From the NCBI RefSeq assembly GCF_000143415.4, contig NW_003314267.1:3223407-3287406 (forward strand): 64,000 bases of DNA, written 5' to 3'. The notes below the pieces were generated by a model. That model worked only from the letters and a program-made list of their open reading frames with translations, ran no database searches and had not been told where the DNA came from. Source of the stretch: Selaginella moellendorffii. Taxonomy: Eukaryota > Plantae > Lycopodiophyta. Made by a program: the position numbers and the translations under genes. Positions 25,065 through 37,436 of this stretch are shown piece by piece (positions within the stretch are counted from its first letter, which is position 1; the number at the start of each line of letters is the position of its first letter).

Positions 25065-25344
25065 AGAACAAGAGAGAACATAGTCCTAGATTAGAATACG
25101 TTGCGAATCATTTTTTACGTTTTGTCCCGACGAGCTTTAGCTTTTAACACGCAATTATGCTTCCAACTATCATTTCTCACAAATGTGGTAAATTCTTCCA
25201 CCTTGGGTCATGTCAAGAGTGCAAAGTTTGATCCGAGCTTCATGGTCACTCACAGGATCAGCTCTTCAACAAAGAGGATGGTTACATCAAAGTCTTTATA
25301 GAAATGTGAGGAGGGTGATTCTGTTTCTGGCGTAATATAAGTAT

Positions 25345-25860
25345 ACCAAACGCTCTAGCGGAGGCAGGCCAAGGGCCTGCTACGTGACGGCCATGAAAGC
25401 ATTCGGAACGGCTAGTGATGTTTCCCGTGCGGAGAAGGTCTTCCAGGAGCTGCTGGAGCTTCCCGAATCGCAAGCACAATCCATACGCTGCTATGGTCGA
25501 TGTTTATGCGAGGGCCGGGTTGATGGACGAGGCGGAGAAACTCCTCAAGGACAAGGAGACAGGTTTTGGTGTTATGAGCCTCTCGTTGCGGGCTACCTTT
25601 TGAAAGGCGATGCAAAGAACGTGAAGAAGGGACCAACAAAGCTGGAGTACAAGTCCGTGATGGGTTTGCTAGCGGCTCTGGCCTTGAGGAGAGACGTGGA
25701 CGAAGCCGAGAAGGTGATGGGTCACTACAGCTCCCTGTTTGGAGAGGCCCCTGTCTACAACTAGCTGCTCAAAGTCTACATTGCTGCGGGCAAAACTCCG
25801 AAAGAACTCAAGGAGAGAATGCAGAGAGGTTTGTGGAGCCCGGCGAGGAGACTGAGATGA
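25345..25860 (+). pseudogene. P-class PPR pseudogene fragment
   Basis: YVTAMKAFGTASDVSRAEKVFQEL / PYAAMVDVYARAGLMDEAEKLL / VYN*LLKVY across frameshifts. Paralogous to 28979-29509. Confidence 0.75.
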
Positions 25861-25892
25861 TGATAGACTGAGGAGTCGAGCTGACAAGAAGA

Positions 25893-28255
25893 GAGCCGAA
25901 CGCATGAATCGAACACTTGTTGAGTCTGCTCGTGCGAGGGCGAGGATATTGTTACTCTAACGAAAGGTGAAACCGTGTGATGGAGCTCAAGATCCGTCAT
26001 AGCATATATGGAATGGAAAATGTACATATGTGTGACATGGGCTCTTGGGATCCAATTTCTTGCGCATTCCATCAGGGATGTGTGCCCACGCTTCACACCC
26101 GAATATTCTCAGATGCGTAACTGTACTCCATGCTTCTTCAGGAGTGATGTCAGCAAGGGCAGAGGTGGGGAGCCGGTTCTGGAAATAGTTCGCCGTCAAG
26201 ACAGCGTGAAACCAGAAGCTGCGAGGCAAACCACTGGAAAGTAGCATTGCCCGAGCACTCTCCACTAGTGTGCGATTCTTGCGCTCAGCTACGCCATTCT
26301 GTTGTGGAGTCTCTCGCGTTGTAAGTTCTCGCACAATCCCTCCTTGCTCACACAGCTGGTTGAAAGCATTGGAAGTGAATTCGCCTCCACCATCACTTCT
26401 CAATCGCTTAAGCATTTTCCCAGTTTGTGTTTCTCCCATATCCTTGAAAGTCTGGAAGTAGTGTAACGATTGGGATTTGCGAGCCATAGGGTAGTTCATA
26501 GTGCGACGACTGTAGTCATCAATGAAACTGATAAAGTATTGGATACCTCCCACTGCTGTGGTGGCCATCGGGCCACACACATCAGTGTGTACAAGTTCCA
26601 TGAGCTCTGTAGCTCGAGATGCTCCAGTCTTGGGGAAAGGTTGGCGAGTAGATTTTCCTAGCTGACAGCCCTGGCAAAATGGAAGAACGGCTCTTGGGTC
26701 CAGGTCTAGACCTTCAACCATCTGCTCGCTTCCGAGCTGCTTGATTCTATCAGCACTAGGTTTAGGGTTTAGGCCTCCCATCCTGTGGTGATGTCCCAGA
26801 GGCCTCGTTCATCCATATAGGATTCGAATTTTGTCTTCCAGAAGCGCCAGTTCCTCCCATCAAATTTTGGTGGATTTGCGTCCACTGAAACGATATCCGC
26901 TGTAGGCACAGTCGAATTTGTGATGGGAGGGGAAATAGGTGGTGGATTTGGAGGCAGATTTGTAGGAACAGTGGCTGCCATGGGTGCTGACACCCAATCC
27001 CACCACTCGTTCAAGTCTAGGTCCAGGTTCTTAGTCGTCCAATGCCTCTTGCAAGGCCTGGAGCGCTTGGATTAGGGCACGCCTCTGTCTACGTAGACGG
27101 AGGCTCCGATTCACCCTAGCAAGTGTCGCCCTGATCCTACGGTTTCGTATTCTTCTCGCTCTCCCAGGCATTGCTCCGATACCATCTAACGAAAGGTGAA
27201 ACCGTGTGATGGAGCCCAAGATCCGTCATAGCATATATGGAATGGAAAATGTACATATGTGTGACATGGTGAACCGGTGAAGACTCGTGTCTCTCCACGT
27301 GGACTAGCCACGTGGCACAGGGCCACTCACTGCTGCCTATCTACGCAATCGTCTTCCAACATCTACACTTTCCACTCCAGAAGAACTATGGACTTCTGTC
27401 GCACACCTTCGAGTATTGCTTATGCCAAGAACCTGGATCCACTGCCGACGCTTGCATCTCGCAGTATCAAGGGTGTGTTTGTCGGAAGGGCACAAAAGCA
27501 TACAGAATTTTGTCCTTTCCAGTATTTTCCAGGTCTTTGAACATATATTTCCATGTAAAGAGACTTCTTGGCGACTCGTTGAAGACGTTCCAGTGCTTCC
27601 AGCCTCTGTGGGAGCAGCAAGAAAGCCTCCTCCTCCACCTCCTCCACCAATCAATCAGCCGCCTCTATCACCGGCTAAATCTTGAAGAACTTGAGAAACC
27701 TCGCTCTCACAGCGAACCTGTAGGATACTCTCGCTCTGGCCGGCCACTCTTTCCATCTCAACGTGCACGGGAAGCCAATGAGAGTCAGCAATATTTCCGG
27801 TCACAGTCCAGTCGTTTTTATTTTGCTGGTTCTAATGATGTTCTTGCGCCCAGAACGGTGTCTGAGGCGCTCACAGGTCCTCAGCGAGCCGCAATGGACT
27901 CCGAGTATCAATCCCTCATGCAAAATGACACCTGGATGCTCGTTCTAAAGCCAGCTGACAGACAAGTGGTGTCAACCAAATGGCTAATCAGGTCGTTCGG
28001 TTCAAAGCCAGGTATGTGGTCCGCGGATTTACACAGATCCCAGGCCTTGATTTTACTGAGACGTACTCACCTGTGGTATGTATGGCTTCTATGCCAGTCT
28101 TGCTAGCTTTAGCAGCTCAATATGATCTTGAGGTACATCAGACGGATGTACGCCCAGAGTTCTTGCATGGAGATCTCAATGAAGAAATCTTTGTCCAGCA
28201 ACCAGAGGGTTATCAATGTCGCCTCAAGAAAGCTTTATATGGTCTCAAACAATCA
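25893..28255 (+). mobile_element. Ty1/copia integrase-RT remnant, interrupted by an opposite-strand copia (pieces 25893-25935 and ~27321-28255)
   Basis: AERMNRTLVESARA at 25893-25935, then TAAYLRNRLPT, RSIKGVFVG, PRTVSEAL..AAMDSEYQSLMQNDTW, RFKARYVVRGFTQIPGLDFTETYSPV, LKKALYGLKQS. Confidence 0.85.
25956..27319 (-). mobile_element. Internally deleted Ty1/copia element (gag start, GAG-pre-integrase, integrase core)
   Basis: 85-bp direct repeats at 25956-26040 and 27185-27269; PBS TGGTATCGGAGC at 27173-27184; PKFDGRNWRFWK..GLWD; CQGCQLGK, LVHTDVCGP, FIDDYSR, LRSDGGGEF, PQQNGVAERKNRTL. The right boundary is uncertain. Confidence 0.88.
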
Positions 28256-29509
28256 GTTTCGGAACAGTTCAGGATGAAAGAGAATTCAAGGGAGAGGAAC
28301 CCAATGAGAATGCAGAGCAGGAGAAGCTTGTGAGCCTATGCGGGATTCTCAACGCTAAGGCCGACACTTCGGAGGTAGGCAAGAATTGGATAGCCAATGG
28401 AAATGTGATGTCACGGGACGTTGCTGCTGGTTGGATTCTTCACTGCAGGCACAACGTCCAAGCTCTAAAAGTAAACATTGATTTTTCTATAATGTTTTTC
28501 CTTGGAATGTTTGAACTAACTGTTGTATTTTATGTTCTTTGGCAGTTCATGAACGTCGTGAGAGAAGAACGCCTGGTAGAAATGACCTCGAAGCTATACA
28601 TGCAAGAGATCTCACAGCTATGTCTTCAACTGGGGCCATCAAAAGGCGAGGCTTTGTTCAGAAGCATGCCAGAGAGTTTGAGGACAGAGGAGGTAACCAT
28701 GGCTTTTCTTACAGCTGTTGCGAAAGAGGACGACGGAGAGATTGATGGACGAGCTAAACGGCTCGTTCTCCGTCGACGCCTTGAACTCGTTTCTACACAT
28801 GTATCTCAGCACGACAAGCTGCGGGATGCTTACTACAGGTTCAAGGGTTGAAGCCGGTCCTCTTTACGTACTGGCTGGTTCTCCAGTGCTGAGAAAGTTT
28901 TGAGAAGATTGAGATGGAGTTCGACGCGGAGCTGAAAAGAACTAACTTCGAAGAGGCACACGGCTACTCAATCTGATAATGCGTTCCTATGCACTCTTGG
29001 GAAAGCGGAAGATGGTGGACAGGATGTGGACGCTGCTCAAGAGCGAACAAGTTGCTGCTCCCGACTTAAACAGCTACATCTCCGCCATCAAGTCGTTTGG
29101 TTTGTTCGGGGACTTGGAAAAGGCATATGAGGTGCTGGAGGAAGTGCTGCAAAAGTTCGAACGGATTCCTCAAAATCCATACATCTGGATCGTGGAAATC
29201 TGCGTGAGGCTCAAGATGATCGACCAGGCGGAGAAGCTCATGGAGAAGCACATCGGCAAGAGCTGCTTTCTTCCCTACAACTTTCTGGTCACTGGCTACG
29301 TTGAAACTTCGCAGATCTCAAGCGCGCTCAAGAAGCTGGACGAAGCTTTCGAGATTCCTTTCAAGGACCGGAAGCTATTCTACAAGACAGTGATGGCTTT
29401 GCTCCCTGTGTTCGCCAAGAGGGGAGACATACACTCGGCCGAGAAGCTCATTTCCAACTACGGCTCCTGCGGTGACGTGAAAGTCTACAACGCACTGCCC
29501 AACGTCTAA
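28256..29509 (+). pseudogene. P-class PPR gene, frameshifted and 5'-truncated by the copia remnant
   Basis: GEALFRSMPESLRTE, MRSYALLGKRKMVDRMW, YISAIKSFGLFGDLEKAYEV, YNFLVTGYVE. Probable intron GT..AG at 28471-28545; frameshifts at about 28740-28980. Confidence 0.75.
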
Positions 29510-30461
29510 TTTCTACAAAGAGGATGCCAACCAACTTCCTTCACATAACATAACATTGAACCGAACGAAGAGACATGGAGGCTCATGGACACACTGGAAT
29601 CATTCTGGGATCACAAGCCAGGACGCTGCACTATCTGGAGAGTCGCGAATGGGCGGAGGATATCTCGGGACCAGCAAATGGCTCACTTTGAGTTCTCCAG
29701 GGAAGGAAAAGATGTCAGGAACCGAATTCCAAAGAGCTACAAGTGGAGAAAATGGAGCGGACGATCGATCCAGACATCTGCTCGGGTTTCTCTACGGCAA
29801 CCAAGAAATTAGCTCGCTAGCTCTTTGTTCTTTTCAAAGCTTCTCACTATAATGAACGTCATCGCGCAGGCTCTAGATGAGAAAGCTGGGAAGGCCCCTG
29901 TGGCTCAAGGCTCGACGAGGCCAGCAACATCAGGCATGGAGGTGATGCAAGGTCCCCAAGCCGCTCATCACTCATCCCAAGGACGTGATGGTCAAAGTCA
30001 CTGCTTGCACTATTTGCTCCGGCTCTGACTGTCACGTCTACGCCGGAGAGATCCCCGACACCTCTGAAGGCCAGATTTTGGGACAATTAAGCCTTCGACC
30101 CGGGCGCAAAGAGAAAGACAAGATCTAGTCTATGGAAGACGCACATGGGATGGGCGCCATTGGATTCATGTTCATGCCACCAATGATTCGAAGCTCATGG
30201 AGCTCATCCACGGTCACAGGCACTCCGGAGCCTTTAGCTACGGAAACTTGGTTGGTGGCGTCCCGGGATCGCAGGCCGAGTTTGTCGACACCGCAGACAT
30301 TCTCAACGAGTTGCTTCTGGCGACGAGGAAGTGGGGGCGGTCCGTGATCGCGGACTACGTTGGCTGATGCAATCACTTTGATGCTGATGATGAAGCACGA
30401 TTAAAAACCCTAGAAAAGGGTTTTTAATCCTCTTCTAATTCTTCATTCTAGAAGCCCTAGA

Positions 30462-31413
30462 ATGACACAAGAGGTTACTGAGATTGTGCGCTTGGGAGCG
30501 GGGAGCTTTGCCACAGTTTACGTATGGCAATCGCGGAACAACCTGGCGATCAAGTGCTTGGCAGATGCCAGCCGCTTTCCCGAGCTGCTCGATGAGTTTG
30601 AGAATCACCAAAAGATAAGTAAGGCATGCCAGGGCGCGCAGAATCTCCTCTTTCTTGTGCCCAAGCCCGTCGAATTCTTCCCTTCTTTCGCATCACTGGC
30701 GGAGCGCCTGCGAATGGATTCGTCGCTGCTGCCAAATATACCCGCCGCGTACACGATGCAGCGAGTCTGGCCAGTCCCCCCTGCTCTCGCGGATTCCATC
30801 AGGGCCAAGTTCTTCCCTGCACTCCACTCTAGCTACTCCAAGCCCTTCGTCGCACGGATCTACTTGGGTGCGAAACGCCAGCGCCTGGCGTCTCGATTCT
30901 TCAATGCCAATAACTTCCCGCTGGATGCCAATCGTTGCAAGGAGCTGGGGCTGCCGATCGAATTGCTGGCCCAAGAAATGGGTAGACTTCTCGCCAGGAT
31001 CCACCACCTCGCAGGTGTTTTCAGCTTTGTACTGTTTCATTCGTGTGTTACTTTTGCACTTCTCTAATCCAGGACTGGATGGTCGCGACATCGAGTTCGT
31101 CGTGGGTGGTGACGAGCTGAGGACCTTCTCCGACCCCGGGTTTGCCTGCTTTGATTTCAACCAGTGCAAGCCTCACAACAACAATGTGGACGCGCTCGTC
31201 GACAGCTTCTTTGTCAATGATCCTTACTATCCCCGGCCTGGCATGGAGTTTTGGGACGAGTTCAAGGACGGGTACTTGCGGGAGGCCGACCGGACAGAGT
31301 CTGTGCGGCTGGCGAGGATGTTCTTGGACGTGGTTGAAGCCAAGGTGGCGGCCAAGGCCGCCCAAGAAGCTCCAGAAGGCAGGGGTAATGAGATGGCTCT
31401 CTTGGATAGCTGA
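30462..31413 (+). CDS. DUF3669-like atypical kinase-fold protein, 2 exons (30462-31014, 31073-31413), 297 aa
   Basis: A 58-nt intron GT..CTAAT..AG (31015-31072) joins two ORFs in frame (553+341=894 nt). Motifs LGAGSFATVY, LAIK, DGRDIEFVVG, FDFNQC, FFVNDPYYPRP, FWDEFKDGYL. Confidence 0.82.
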
Positions 31414-31806
31414 AAGTAGACCACTCTTTGTTTGAACAAGTATGGCACTATAAAGAAGCTGTTGGTTCATCTTCCACAGGGAAGACTACTCCCACAAAGT
31501 GGGATCTTATAAAAATCCCAATTTGTGAGGTAATCTTTAAATTATGAGAAGTTGGTATTCCAGCCCACCTAAAAAGCACTAGCATTACTACTAATCCTTA
31601 CCACACTCACTCAACCAAAGAGCAAGGACTTCTTGGAGTTCATTGATTTGCTCTTGAGCAGACATCAGGCGACCACTGCTAAAAGCCTTCCCATTCACAA
31701 GTGGATCTCGCGAGTAATCTCGATTTTTTTCATTTTGTATTTTTATTTCTTCGTCAGAATTAGGGCTGACGTAGATCAAAACCAAATTAGGGCACGACAG
31801 TTGGAA

Positions 31807-32885
31807 ATGCGCGGGAGGATGAGCGATCGCTACGTCGCGCTGCTGAGGCGATGCATCCCAGGCAGGGATCTGGTGGGCGGACGGCCATTGCACGCGCAGA
31901 TCGTCCGCTCAGGCTTGCACACTGATCTCTCTCGCCGTATGGTGCCTGCAGCGCCATGGCCGTCTTCCGTGCTTGATGAACCGTTCCGACCTCTCTTCAT
32001 TGTACCCTAGCTAGCCCTAGTTCTTCAGAAGAAGAAGCTCCGAAAGGAAGAAGCATTGCACGCTCTTGCTTGTATCCTACATGGCAGCCACGCCATCAAA
32101 GTCTCCTACCCAACGTTTTTTCAGACGGCTGGGATGGCTGTTGATCAATGGTGCCGATTCGAAACCCTTACACCAGATATTCGACGGATATTCCTGCACT
32201 GAGAGATCTCGAGCCCCCTTGGAGCAGATCTGTGACGATCACCACCTCCATGCCACTGTGAATCGCTGTGCTGGGAGTCTATGAGCCTCGACCTTCTTTC
32301 TCATCAGTGTTCCATCCAAGAAAACAAAAGAGAGCGATAAAGAAAGATAAATTTCCATAAGATGGAGAGGTAAGCTTCTCTCCATCTTCATCTTCAAGTG
32401 CTAGGACAATATGTTGTAACATATTGGGGAAGAGACTCCTCATCCACCACCATGTTCCCGGCTCTAATGTGTTATAGCATATTCCTACAATAAAGAAAGA
32501 TAAATTTCCATAAGATGGAGAGGTAAGCTTCTCTCCATCCTCATCTTCAAGTGCTAGGACAATATGTTGTAACATATTGGGGAAGAGACTCCTCATCCAC
32601 CAGCATGTTCCCGGCTCTAATGTGTTATAGCATATTCCTACAATAAAGAAAGATAAATTTCCATAAGATGGAGAAGTAAGCTTCTCTCCATCCTCATCTT
32701 CAAGTGCTAGGACAATATGTTGTAACATATTGGGGAAGAGACTCCTCATCCACCACCATGTTCCCGGCTCTAATGTGTTATAGCATATTCCTACAGCAAA
32801 TAACTAGCCTACCATGCCGCACAGCACACGGACTGTCATCTCCTGGAACTCGATGCTTGGCTTCTTTGCCGACAACGGTTGCCAC
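31807..32885 (+). pseudogene. Scattered PLS-PPR fragments (31807-31925 and ~32813-32885)
   Basis: YVALLRRCIPGRDLVGGRPLHAQIVRSGL resembles the N-terminus of the 22616 PPR. MPHSTRTVISWNSMLGFFADNG is one PPR motif. Confidence 0.6.
32337..32795. repeat. Tandem array, 3 x 153 bp
   Basis: Units start at 32337, 32490 and 32643, with only about three substitutions among them. Confidence 0.95.
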
Positions 32886-33011
32886 CTTCACGTCCTTCCA
32901 CACTCATATTCACACACACCCAAGGATGCCTAAAGCACATAAGACCTCAGCTCCAATCCAGGTATTCCTAGAATGCATTTATATAATTTTCATCAAGTTG
33001 GGGAGATTAGA

Positions 33012-33262
33012 GATGAGTGTTGAGGGATTAGCAATTGAAGAAGCAACAGCTGAGGAAATAGCAGATGTGGAGCTACTTGAAGATGATCCAATGTCAAGGC
33101 AGAATCGAGAACACAACTAAACTTCAGCTGAGACTCATGCTCTAATTGATCTTAAGAGGGAAGAATATCTTGCAAGGCAGAGCTGAGAGTTGTGAGAAGT
33201 GTCAACCAGCTCCAGCTTGCTGGACAACTATTGCAGCCAAGTCTGCAGAGAAGACTGGGTTT
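33012..33262 (+). pseudogene. Myb/SANT (trihelix-like) DNA-binding domain remnant
   Basis: HN*TSAETHALIDLKREE (stop in place of the conserved Trp), then WTTIAAK in a shifted frame. Confidence 0.5.
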
Positions 33263-33879
33263 GTTAATATTTAAGTATAGAAGAAATATACATAAAAATT
33301 AAAGATTAAAAATTAATCACCTTTGACATCAACCCTTACCTTAATGAAATGGTTTGTGCAAATAAAATTATACTTAATTTGATTATCTAAGTATTTTCTT
33401 AATGCATGTGCGCAAATATAAATTCACTAAAACACTTAAGGTCCAATACTTCATAAATTTAAGGATAAAGGTTGGTGCAAAAGGGCTTTAAGTGACCTTA
33501 GAGAGTTCACTTAACTTTCTATGTAATTTCATAAATTTTAAGATTAATGGTAAGGATAAGGGAAATATGTGCGAATTAAGTCCTCCTTAAAAAAAAAAGA
33601 TAAATTAAAAGGTAAGGGGGCTTTTAAATTAGTAAATTTAATGGTAATTCATTCACCCCAAACACTATTATATTAGATTTTGTAAACTCTGATTTAATTG
33701 TTAAATTTAATAGTAACTTGTTCACACCAGAAATTAATATTAAAGTAAGCTAATGTTACAATTAGCATTTTTTGAATGCCCTATATAATATTCATGGAAT
33801 AATTTAATCCTAAGGTGTAGCATTAGGATTTATGAAAAAAATGCAAACTTGTGATGCTGCTGCAGCACTCGGGCCAGAT

Positions 33880-34270
33880 TCAAGCTGGTCGTCAATCACA
33901 AGTTCAAGGCATCGGTAGCAGTGACACTGTTACAGGTGGAGATCATGTCGTTATTCAGCATGAGGTTAGACAAAAAGTGCAAGGAGCATGGCATGGAGCA
34001 GCCACATAAGAGAGGGGGGTATTGTATTATGCATTTCTCCCATCACCAACACACTGATGTGCTCACAGACAAGTGGTGCTGTTGCTGGGGACCATGGGGC
34101 AGATCTGCCCAGCAGATTGTTATGCTCGCAAGGGATTGTGGCCCATCCATGGAAACTTCCCCTTCTCACACAAGGTAAAACTCTCAATTCCTGGAAATTT
34201 TCATGATTTCTTGCTTATGGAATCCTTCCTCTTCCATAGAGATCTTTATTCTTTCAGTGCCAATGGCCAC
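33880..34270 (-). pseudogene. Possible hAT transposase remnant
   Basis: Single motif IIQYPPLLCGCSMPCSLHFLSNLMLN, reminiscent of the hAT YP...PCxxHxLNL motif. No TIRs found. Confidence 0.25.
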
Positions 34271-34505
34271 CACGGCTAAATCCTGCAATATTGATGTGAA
34301 AAGAATAACATTAAAATTTTAAATTAAGTTAAAATCTTCTAATGTAAAAATTCTAAGTTAATGGTGAGTGCCCTTAAGTATTGTTACTTAGCCTAAAGGT
34401 TTATGTGAAGCAAAATTTCCTTAAATTTCACCTTTAATTTTAAGAGTAAGTGTCACTGTGAAAAGGCTTCATTAGCTGTTCAGTTCTACAATCAGTCTAC
34501 AATCA

Positions 34506-34820
34506 GTCACGCTCCTAGCTATTGCTATTGATTCCAGCTAGACTTCCTTCTCACAGTCTAGCAGGGTTCATTGCACAAGGGCTTGTCCATTTGGACATAT
34601 GGATTTACATGTTTACTATAAGATTTCTATCTTATAGAAGTTAAAATGCACAAAATATGTTTCTACACTACAGCTTAGTTTATACTAAAATAAAATAAAT
34701 ATTTTTAATTATATATCACAATGGATCTCTACACTCTTTGTCATGCTCCTAGCTATTGCTATTGATTCCAGCTAGACTTCCTTCTCACAGTTTAGCAGGG
34801 TTCATTGCACAAGGGCTTGT
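34506..34820. repeat. 81-bp direct repeat (34506-34586 and 34740-34820)
   Basis: Two copies differing at 2 positions, separated by an AT-rich spacer. Confidence 0.9.
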
Positions 34821-35237
34821 GAGCATGGATTGTGGACGAGGAAGCACATGATCAATGTGCTGATATACTAGACTAGAGGTGCTTGGCAGGAGTTTAAGCT
34901 GTTGAATCTTTGTAAGAGTATGAAAAAGAGAGGACTTACAAATCTGTAGGACAAGGCCTGGAAGTATGCAGCCCTGTCTTTGCGCTTCCTCTTCGTGGAT
35001 GAGGCCAAGAAACTATACGGCCCCAACCACAGCACTGCCAACCGAGAAAGCTTTGCTGCCGCTAGAGCATGCCTTTGAGAGCTACTTAGAGAGCGTTGTT
35101 ATACATAGCCATGGCCTGCTCGTCTTTGCATGGCACTCAGAGAGACCCTAGACAAAGAAAAACAAGGTTTTGGTTTGTATCAAAAGTCCTGTGCTTGAGA
35201 GATAGAGAGCTCGAGCTGTAAATATCAAAATAAGAGC

Positions 35238-35843
35238 ATGGGCAAAAATAAAATACTGGACCATGCTGGAATGACTAACCAAAGGACCCTTCTAGGCAAT
35301 CTGTTACTTCTACAAACTGTGTTGAAAGATCAAACATTCAGAAACTTTCTGATGTCCATACCTTTCGTTGATCAAGCCTGGAACTGGCCGTGTGTGATGA
35401 TTGGCTATGACTGTGCCCTGGGTACATGCACAACCATAGCCAATAATGCCATGATGAAGTGGCGCCATACTTGCACCATCGGGTATGGAAGTGGCTATGG
35501 TTGTGACCGCCATGGATATGAGTGTCACTCAAGCGGATTCCATGTCCTGTGGATGCCCAAGTACATCAAGGATCAAGCTGCAACCTACTTGGAGAGCCGC
35601 TGCACTCTTCTTTGGCGTGCACAAAAGCCCCTGGGCCATGAGGAGATTCCCAAGAGGAATGATATCTTTCTCGCCATGAGGCGATTCCCGAGAACTTCGC
35701 GCGTTGCCCTGTCCCTGTGTAGATGTCTCTGTCCAGGTCGACCAGTGCCACCGGATGCTTATCCTGCCAGCTCCGGATGCTTATATGCATGTCTCCAGAT
35801 GGTGATGCAATTCTTGCGGCCCAGCATTTGCCCAGCCTCTTGA
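35238..35843 (+). other. Unassigned 201-aa ORF, probably part of a decayed gene spanning ~34800-36170
   Basis: Open frame with GC content above the flanks and neighbouring coding-like segments with stops. No family recognised. Confidence 0.25.
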
Positions 35844-37371
35844 AAAAGAGTGTTAAGAAACAGAGGCTGACGGTACAACCTCCATAGGCAGTGGATTCCC
35901 TGCACTAGGGGTCCACTCCTCAGGGCCCTTCAGTTGAGCCCTCCTATGACAAGACTCATATCAATGAGAATCCTGCTCCCCTTTCAAGTCTGTCTAGTAT
36001 CTTCACACGGGATGGTATTGGACTAACTTGTGATACAAGCAAAAAGGAGGTGTACACGGTGACAAAAGATGGCTCCCTTCTGATTCTTGCGAGTTGAAAG
36101 CCTTTACGTTCATGATGATAATATAGATAATGGAGATGGTGAAGACAATGAAGAGGATGCATAGACCACCTAGTTACCTATGACACATGATCAGTTAATT
36201 GCCAGTTAAATATGGGACGGTTGAGGTCATTTTAGATCGATGGCTTCGATTTAATTAATACAACAGCCCAGATTTTATACTCAGATTGTTCAGTGTTTTT
36301 TAATGCACGGTCTAGATCTTTTCAGCTGGTTCAACGGACGAAGCACTCTTGATGCAAATCTGGAAGCAAATATTGGAGCAAGGAGTGAGAAGAATGTAGA
36401 TTTGCTTACCTTCAATGCATCGTGCTTCTCACAGCAACTTAGGCTCTCGTGCTCTCATGAGCTCGTTGTAAATTCCACCATCGGCAGTGAGAGATCCACA
36501 GTGCAACACGCAAAATGAGTTCTCTATAAGTAATTGTCTCACCTGATGAATGAGTTGCTACAGGAAACTAGCTTGGGATGTCTGGCATTGACAGTAGCTC
36601 GAACAACTGCAGGAGAGAATGGCGGTTAGTCACAAACTTCATGGAAAAAATGCAAACCTTATGCTAATTGTTTGGCCTTATAGAGCTGCCAAGACAAAGT
36701 GCTCATGTCTCCCAAGAGCTTTCCGCATTTATAAGTCATGGCTGCCACCTTGGGGATACCTGTGAGGCACAGCAAGAATTGCAGCTTGCAAGGAACCCCA
36801 AATGAACACCAAGGAGGATTTCCCTTTTAACGGTTTTTTGTGCCCGCAGTCCGGCACATCACCACACGACTGAATATACATTTAATATTAGAATTTATTT
36901 GAAATATGTGATGATAAATATAATGCATATTTTAGAATTTAGTAACATTAAAAGCATATTACTCTATAAATATTAAATTTATTTAAACTTTGACTGTCTT
37001 ATGTACCATTGACAACTAGTGTTTTGGATGTTACATATATAGGTTTAGGCTATAAATGCCTTTGTTTGGTTATCTTGGTGGATTTGATTTTGTTTTCCAA
37101 TGATTCTTTACTATTTAAGGATGACTCACAACTTTACATAACACATTTTTAGTGTTCAAGGTTTATTTGTTCTAGTTATAGCTCCTTCTTTGCTGGAGCT
37201 TAGGTCTTCTTCTTTATCAGCATACATTCTGGATTGGTCAGCCCTGCCATTTCTAGAGTGGTCCCTTCCTCTTTACCATGGCCACTCCAACCTTCTTCAC
37301 ATGGATGGGATTTGCCACCCCCAAATTCTTCAATTTAAAAAAATACTTCTTTATGTGCACCTCCAAATCAT

Positions 37372-37436
37372 CTGTCTCCAAAGCCTTTGTCTCCAAAGAC
37401 TTTGTCTCCAAAAGCTTTGTCTCCAAAGCCTTTGTT
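37372..37436. repeat. 15-bp tandem repeat CTTTGTCTCCAAAGN, about 4 copies
   Basis: Read directly; translates on the minus strand as repeated xFGDK. Confidence 0.85.

Noticed and set aside
29556-30376. Short ORFs between the P-class PPR pseudogene and the DUF3669-like gene
   Set aside because: Under 100 aa, with no recognisable domain or consistent splice model.
36300-36800. Possible small minus-strand exons with GT/AG boundaries
   Set aside because: They contain stops and could not be assembled into a recognisable protein.
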